A program made the translations under genes and the position numbers. The notes beneath the pieces are model-generated. The model was not told where the DNA came from, searched no databases, and saw nothing but the letters and a program-made list of their open reading frames with translations. DNA of 64,000 nucleotides from Prorocentrum cordatum. Taxonomy: Eukaryota. Location: NCBI GenBank assembly GCA_963575745.1, contig CAUYUJ010000003.1:1054001-1118000 (forward strand), read 5' to 3'. Shown in pieces: positions 63,150 through 64,000 of the stretch. Each line of letters starts with the position of its first letter. Within the stretch, counting starts at the first letter, position 1.

Positions 63150-63342
63150 CCTACTCCTCCCTCCTCCTCTTCTTCCTCCTCCTCCTTACCCTCATCACCA
63201 CCATCACCATCATCGTCATCATCAGCATCAGCATCAGCATCAGCATCATCAGCATCAGCATCAGCATCAGCATCAGCATCATTATCAACATCATCAACAT
63301 CATCAACATCATCAGCATCATCATCATCAGCAGCAGCATCAT
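63150..63342. repeat. (CCT)n then (CAT)/(CAGCAT)n microsatellites
   Basis: Read directly. Confidence 0.92.
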
Positions 63343-64000
63343 ACCTCCCTTATCTCCGCGAGGGGGGGGCGAGGGGATGGAAGGGGACAGCTCAGGGCAA
63401 GGGCAGAGAGGCAACACAGTCTGGGGGAGCAGGGGGGAGCATTCGACGAGAGTGGGGGGACACTGGTGAAACAACCACAGGAGACACAGCGGAGCCGACG
63501 GCGGGGTGGACACTTGGGGGAGCGGCCAGAGGGGGTACAGAGAGAAATGGGGGTGCCTGCCCAGCCGTTGATGATGAAACTCATCTGCCACGATTTTACG
63601 ATACCACTACACCCTGCCGAACCGACTGTGGAGTCTACAGCAGGTCCCACGGACAATAGACTCCATGTGACAAGACCCGCTTGCTCAGCCAATCAATTAT
63701 GTGCAGCACGGCTCAGAAATCAAACAGCCGACATTGGTGTTCAGGAAGGCGAGCAACAACGAACACACACTTTGCCCAACTGTGCGCACGCTCCCACTGT
63801 AGCATAGCAAATGCTGCAGGGAACTTGCAAACAGCTACGGCAATGCTAACGGCACAGCGCGACAGACCACCCTGGCGAAGACCATGGAACCGACTGGAGA
63901 AGCCAGAAGCCGATCGAAAAGCCACAAAAGGTGGTTTGCAGCCGAGCCCGAGGGCAGCCCGACGTTCAGTGCACCACGCGGGGCATGCTGGCCCAGGGGA

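Noticed and set aside
63480..63620. EGVQREMGVPAQPLMMKL as an RT QG.P.SP motif
   Set aside because: The match is too weak and I found no downstream xxDD.
1..64000. rRNA, tRNA or intact intron-containing host genes
   Set aside because: None recognised by eye. Very short exons within the repeats cannot be excluded without RNA-seq.

Overview
GC-rich, repeat-saturated eukaryotic DNA with no convincing intact host gene. Almost all long ORFs in the track are translations of simple-sequence repeats. The peptide motifs I recognise resemble dinoflagellate transposon proteins, so a dinoflagellate source is my inference, not something proven here. The window is a nested transposon graveyard with six main parts: (i) two to three tandem decayed Ty1/copia-like gag-protease units (14.4-21.8 kb, minus); (ii) a decayed ~1,400-codon DDE transposase-like gene with a D..D/CxxH..E layout, an HYCxGCC motif and a long C-terminal extension (38.3-42.9 kb, minus), interrupted by a 245-bp insertion with a 6-bp target-site duplication; (iii) an orphan UPF1/DNA2-type SF1 helicase C-terminal fragment at the head of ~4.5 kb of coding-like DNA (44.3-49.0 kb, minus); (iv) an APE-RT LINE (minus) broken into at least six pieces between 49.6 and 61.8 kb by A-tailed low-complexity inserts, an RLE-type LINE 3' end and a 1.4-kb microsatellite next to the RT catalytic motif; (v) a ~460-codon unknown ORF split by a single TGA; (vi) many satellites, foldbacks and tandem duplications. 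Several decayed catalytic codons show A>G/T>C changes. All protein assignments come from motif recognition by eye, and boundaries are approximate unless stated.
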